Shown here piece by piece: positions 61,139 through 64,000 of a DNA stretch of 64,000 bases. The stretch comes from an uncultured delta proteobacterium (lineage in GTDB: Bacteria; Myxococcota; Myxococcia; Myxococcales; Myxococcaceae), in contig CAVYSY010000051.1 of the NCBI GenBank assembly GCA_963771175.1, positions 64,001-128,000 on the forward strand, given 5' to 3'. Under the pieces are notes generated by a model, which worked only from the letters and a program-made list of their open reading frames with translations, made no database searches and was not told the DNA's origin. Position 1 is the first letter of the stretch. Every line of letters starts with the position of its first letter. Made by a program: the position numbers and the translations under genes.

Positions 61139-62780
61139 ATGCGCATTGATTTTGGTAGACGCGGAAGTTTTTCGAGGCGAACGCTCAGCCAGAGGTTGGG
61201 TCTGGCCGTGGGCGTGGCGGCGGTCGGCGTCATGGGGCTGCAGCCCCTCCCGAGCCACGCGGAGGAGGTTCCTCCCAGCGTCATCTTCCTGATGGACAAC
61301 AACGAGTCCATGCAGGACTTCCCCCGGCCCTTGCCCGAGGTGGGAAACACCTCGGTGTGGGGCTGCTCGGATCCCGCGCTGGTCTCGGCGATGAGCTGGT
61401 TCGACAAGAACAGCGCGGACCCGAAGCTCAACGGCTCCATTCCCTATGACAGCGATCCCGAGTTCGGGACGACGCCCCAGTTCTTCGACCCGAACGTGTA
61501 CTACCAGTCCCGAGGTCAGCGCATCGGCTGGGTGGTGGAGGACTACCCATTCTCGCTCTCGTCGGACTTCCGCGCCATGGATGGCAACACGGATGCGCTG
61601 ATTGCCTGCCATCGCGCACTGAACTGGAATGAGCCGTGGGACTCGCCGGTCGTCGCGGCATGCCAGGCGTGTCTGACGACCAAGGGCTGGTGGCGTGGTC
61701 CGCTGTCGGACAACCCTTCCAACCGTCCCGATATCCCGGCGCGCACTCCCGAGGCCCGACGCCTCTGGGTCGTCAGCGGCCGCGTGCTCAACGTGCGCCC
61801 GCCCAGGTTCGTGGTGGCGCGCAAGGCGCTCAAGGACGTCATCGCCTCCGCGAGCAACGTGCGCATGGGGGTGGCCTCCTATGGCCCGGACCAGGGCTGG
61901 TACGACCCGCCGAAAATGCTCGAGAAGCTGCGGCCGGCGTGTGACCAGTCCTTTCCCATCAACGAGGCGGCGCTCAACCGGTCCGCGCTGAAGAGCGCCG
62001 TCAATCGTGTGGAGTTCCGCAACAACGAGCGCTCCATCGGTGAGGCCCTCTTTGGTCTGGGTGGCTACTTCTCCTCGCAGATGGTGGACAACCGTTGGAC
62101 GAACTGGTTCCAGCAGCCCATCAACCCGGGCTGGGGCTGGCCCGGTGGCTGGAACGGCGGTACCTCCGACAATCCCGTATACGGGTCAGGCGGGGGCGTC
62201 CTGGGGCTTCCAGCTGGATGAGTGGCTCAAGTGGTCCCAGCCCTGGGAGGGCACCGGCTTCGACAAGTCCTTCTGCCGCAGCTCGCAGGCGAGCGCCGTC
62301 GTCGTGGTGTCGGGCGGTGAGCCCCACTCCGACAACTCGGTGCCCATCACCAAGATGATGGGTGTCCTCGTGGCCGATGGAGCCCGGCACCCGAACGGCA
62401 CGCTGCTCACGTTCGATGCGAGCAATCCCGAGACCAACACGAACCCGGGCGGCGTGAACTACTGCCACCTGTTCGGCGCTACCCGCGAGGACTGCGACTA
62501 CACCTCCTACAACTGGCCCACGGGTCTGGCGAGGACGAACAAGAACTTCATGGATGACGTGGCGTTCTTCCTGTCGCACGCGGACCTGCGTGGCGACATG
62601 GCCGGGAACCAGTCGGTGCGCACGTACGTCATCGGTTACGGCGGTGGAGGCCCCATGCTCCAGAGCATCGCGCTGGCGGGCGAGGGCCGGTACTACCGCG
62701 CGAACCAGCCGGCGGCGCTGTACGACGCGCTCACGTTCGCCCTCGGCGAGATCCGCGCTTCAGCCAGTTCCGCGCCGTAG
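61139..62780 (+). CDS. PilY1 N-terminal-like (vWA-like) secreted protein; apparent frameshift at ~62180
   Basis: Signal peptide; FLMDNNESM, PPRFVVARKALKDVI, then DDVAFFLSHADLR...VRTYVIGYG...GEGRYY in the second frame. Confidence 0.55.
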
Positions 62781-62970
62781 TGCCGGTGGATGGAGGACGA
62801 GAGCAGGGCGAGCCGTATTCGAGCGCTCGGTCGACTGGCTGGAGGGTCATGCGGGGAGGGGACCCGCCAGCCAGTCGTGGGCCTGTCTGTCGACGAGCAG
62901 GTGTGGCCGAATCGACACTATCGAGGGTCTACCCTTCAGCTCGGGTCAGAACACTCCCGTGTCGCTCCCC

Positions 62971-64000
62971 ATGAAGCTGCTCCTCGTCAGTGCCCAGGCT
63001 GGATGCACCGTGAGCCAGCTCCTCACGGAGTGGGGACACGAGGTGCGCCACGCCCCGGGAGTCGAGCAGGCGGGGAGGCTGCTCCGCGGGGTGGAAGGGG
63101 TGCTGGTGGCGGGAAGCGGCCGCTCGGTGGCCGAGGACATCGCCCGGTTGAACACCGCGGAGGTGCGGCCCCGGCCCTTCCTCCTGGCGCTCGTCCCCGC
63201 TTCGGCGGAGAAGGCTCCCCTGGAGGCGCTGCTGGCCGCGGCGGTGGATGACTTCCTGGTCATGCCCTTCGAGCCGGCGCAGCTCCAGACCCGGCTCGAG
63301 TGGCTCGGCCGGCGGAGGCGGACCGGGATGCAGGCCGCCCGGGAAGGCTCCTCCTCGCGCGGCGAGCTCGAGCGGCTGGCGGCCATCATCCAGACGCAGA
63401 ACGACATCGCGATCGCAGGACTCGAGCTCGAGAAGGTGATGTCACTCATCGCGGAGCGCGCCCTGCGGCTGTGCGGCGCGTCCGGTGCCTCGGTGTCGCA
63501 GGCCGAGGGCGACGAGCTGGTCTACCGCGTGACCACCGGGAGCTCGTTGAGCCATCGCGGCTTCCGGCTGAAGCTCGCCCAGAGCCTCACGGGGATGAGC
63601 ATCCTTCGCGGCGAGGTGCTCCACACCCGGGACACCGAGAATGATCCGCGGGTGAACGTGTACGCCACGCGCGCGACGGACATCCGCTCGATGATCATCG
63701 TCCCGTTCCGGTTGGGCGGGAGCACCGTGGGCGCGCTCAACGTCGTCTACAGCGAGCCCAACGCCTACGACGATCTGGACGTGCGGACCCTCGAGTTGAT
63801 GGGCCAGTTGCTCGGCGCGGCGATGCACAACGCCGCCGAGTTCGAGGCCAAGCGTCGCTCCGAGGAGAGCTTCCGCGCACTCATCGAGGGGCTGCCGGAG
63901 GCCATCTTCGTGCACCGGGGAGGCCGCCTGCTCTACGTCAACCCAGCGGGGCTCGCCTTCCTCGATCAGCGCTCCGCGGAGGGGCTCACCGGCATGTCGC
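62971..64000 (+). CDS. Receiver-like/GAF/PAS signalling protein, 3'-truncated by window (probable sensor kinase)
   Basis: Degenerate receiver VDDFLVMPF; GAF RSMIIVP...GALNV; PAS SEESFRALIEGLPEAIFVH...YVNPA; open to the window end. Confidence 0.8.
   Translation, partial: MKLLLVSAQAGCTVSQLLTEWGHEVRHAPGVEQAGRLLRGVEGVLVAGSGRSVAEDIARLNTAEVRPRPFLLALVPASAEKAPLEALLAAAVDDFLVMPFEPAQLQTRLEWLGRRRRTGMQAAREGSSSRGELERLAAIIQTQNDIAIAGLELEKVMSLIAERALRLCGASGASVSQAEGDELVYRVTTGSSLSHRGFRLKLAQSLTGMSILRGEVLHTRDTENDPRVNVYATRATDIRSMIIVPFRLGGSTVGALNVVYSEPNAYDDLDVRTLELMGQLLGAAMHNAAEFEAKRRSEESFRALIEGLPEAIFVHRGGRLLYVNPAGLAFLDQRSAEGLTGMS

Noticed and set aside
61135..61150. TGGCATGCGCATTGAT as a sigma54 promoter
   Set aside because: Lacks the -12 GC and overlaps the putative start codon; insufficient support.

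Overview
High-GC myxobacterial chromosome segment, inferred from gene content: a Che4-like chemosensory operon, an MglA-family GTPase, a CglD-like lipoprotein and a Ser/Thr kinase-TonB fusion. 1-17.8 kb looks like core genome: HAD hydrolase, kinase, cheW-cheR-mcp-cheY-cheW-cheA, dedA, heparinase II/III-like gene, nucleotide-sugar dehydrogenase, SDR and tldD. About 17.9-44 kb is a patchwork of accessory genes. 44-51 kb holds lipoproteins, a peptidase, a metalloenzyme, DUF4388, an MglA paralog and anmK. 51-64 kb holds an RCC1-repeat protein, cNMP-TrxR, MarR-DoxX-pirin, GSDH-PKD-PA14, GST, a PilY1-like gene and a partial sensor. The best candidate for an undescribed system is the minus-strand cluster at 19.4-23.8 kb. 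It runs: R2K-like ATP-grasp gene, sigma54-type promoter with a candidate enhancer, TROVE (Ro60/Rsr) gene, a ~72-nt strand-specific structured RNA resembling a Y RNA, then a more AT-rich gene with a C-terminal HEPN (R-x4-H) nuclease motif. No rtcB, rtcA or rtcR is present in the window. At least seven otherwise intact genes carry frameshifts, most likely sequencing or assembly indels. I saw no CRISPR array, tRNA, rRNA or transposase. All family calls come from motif recognition by eye; no database search was run.
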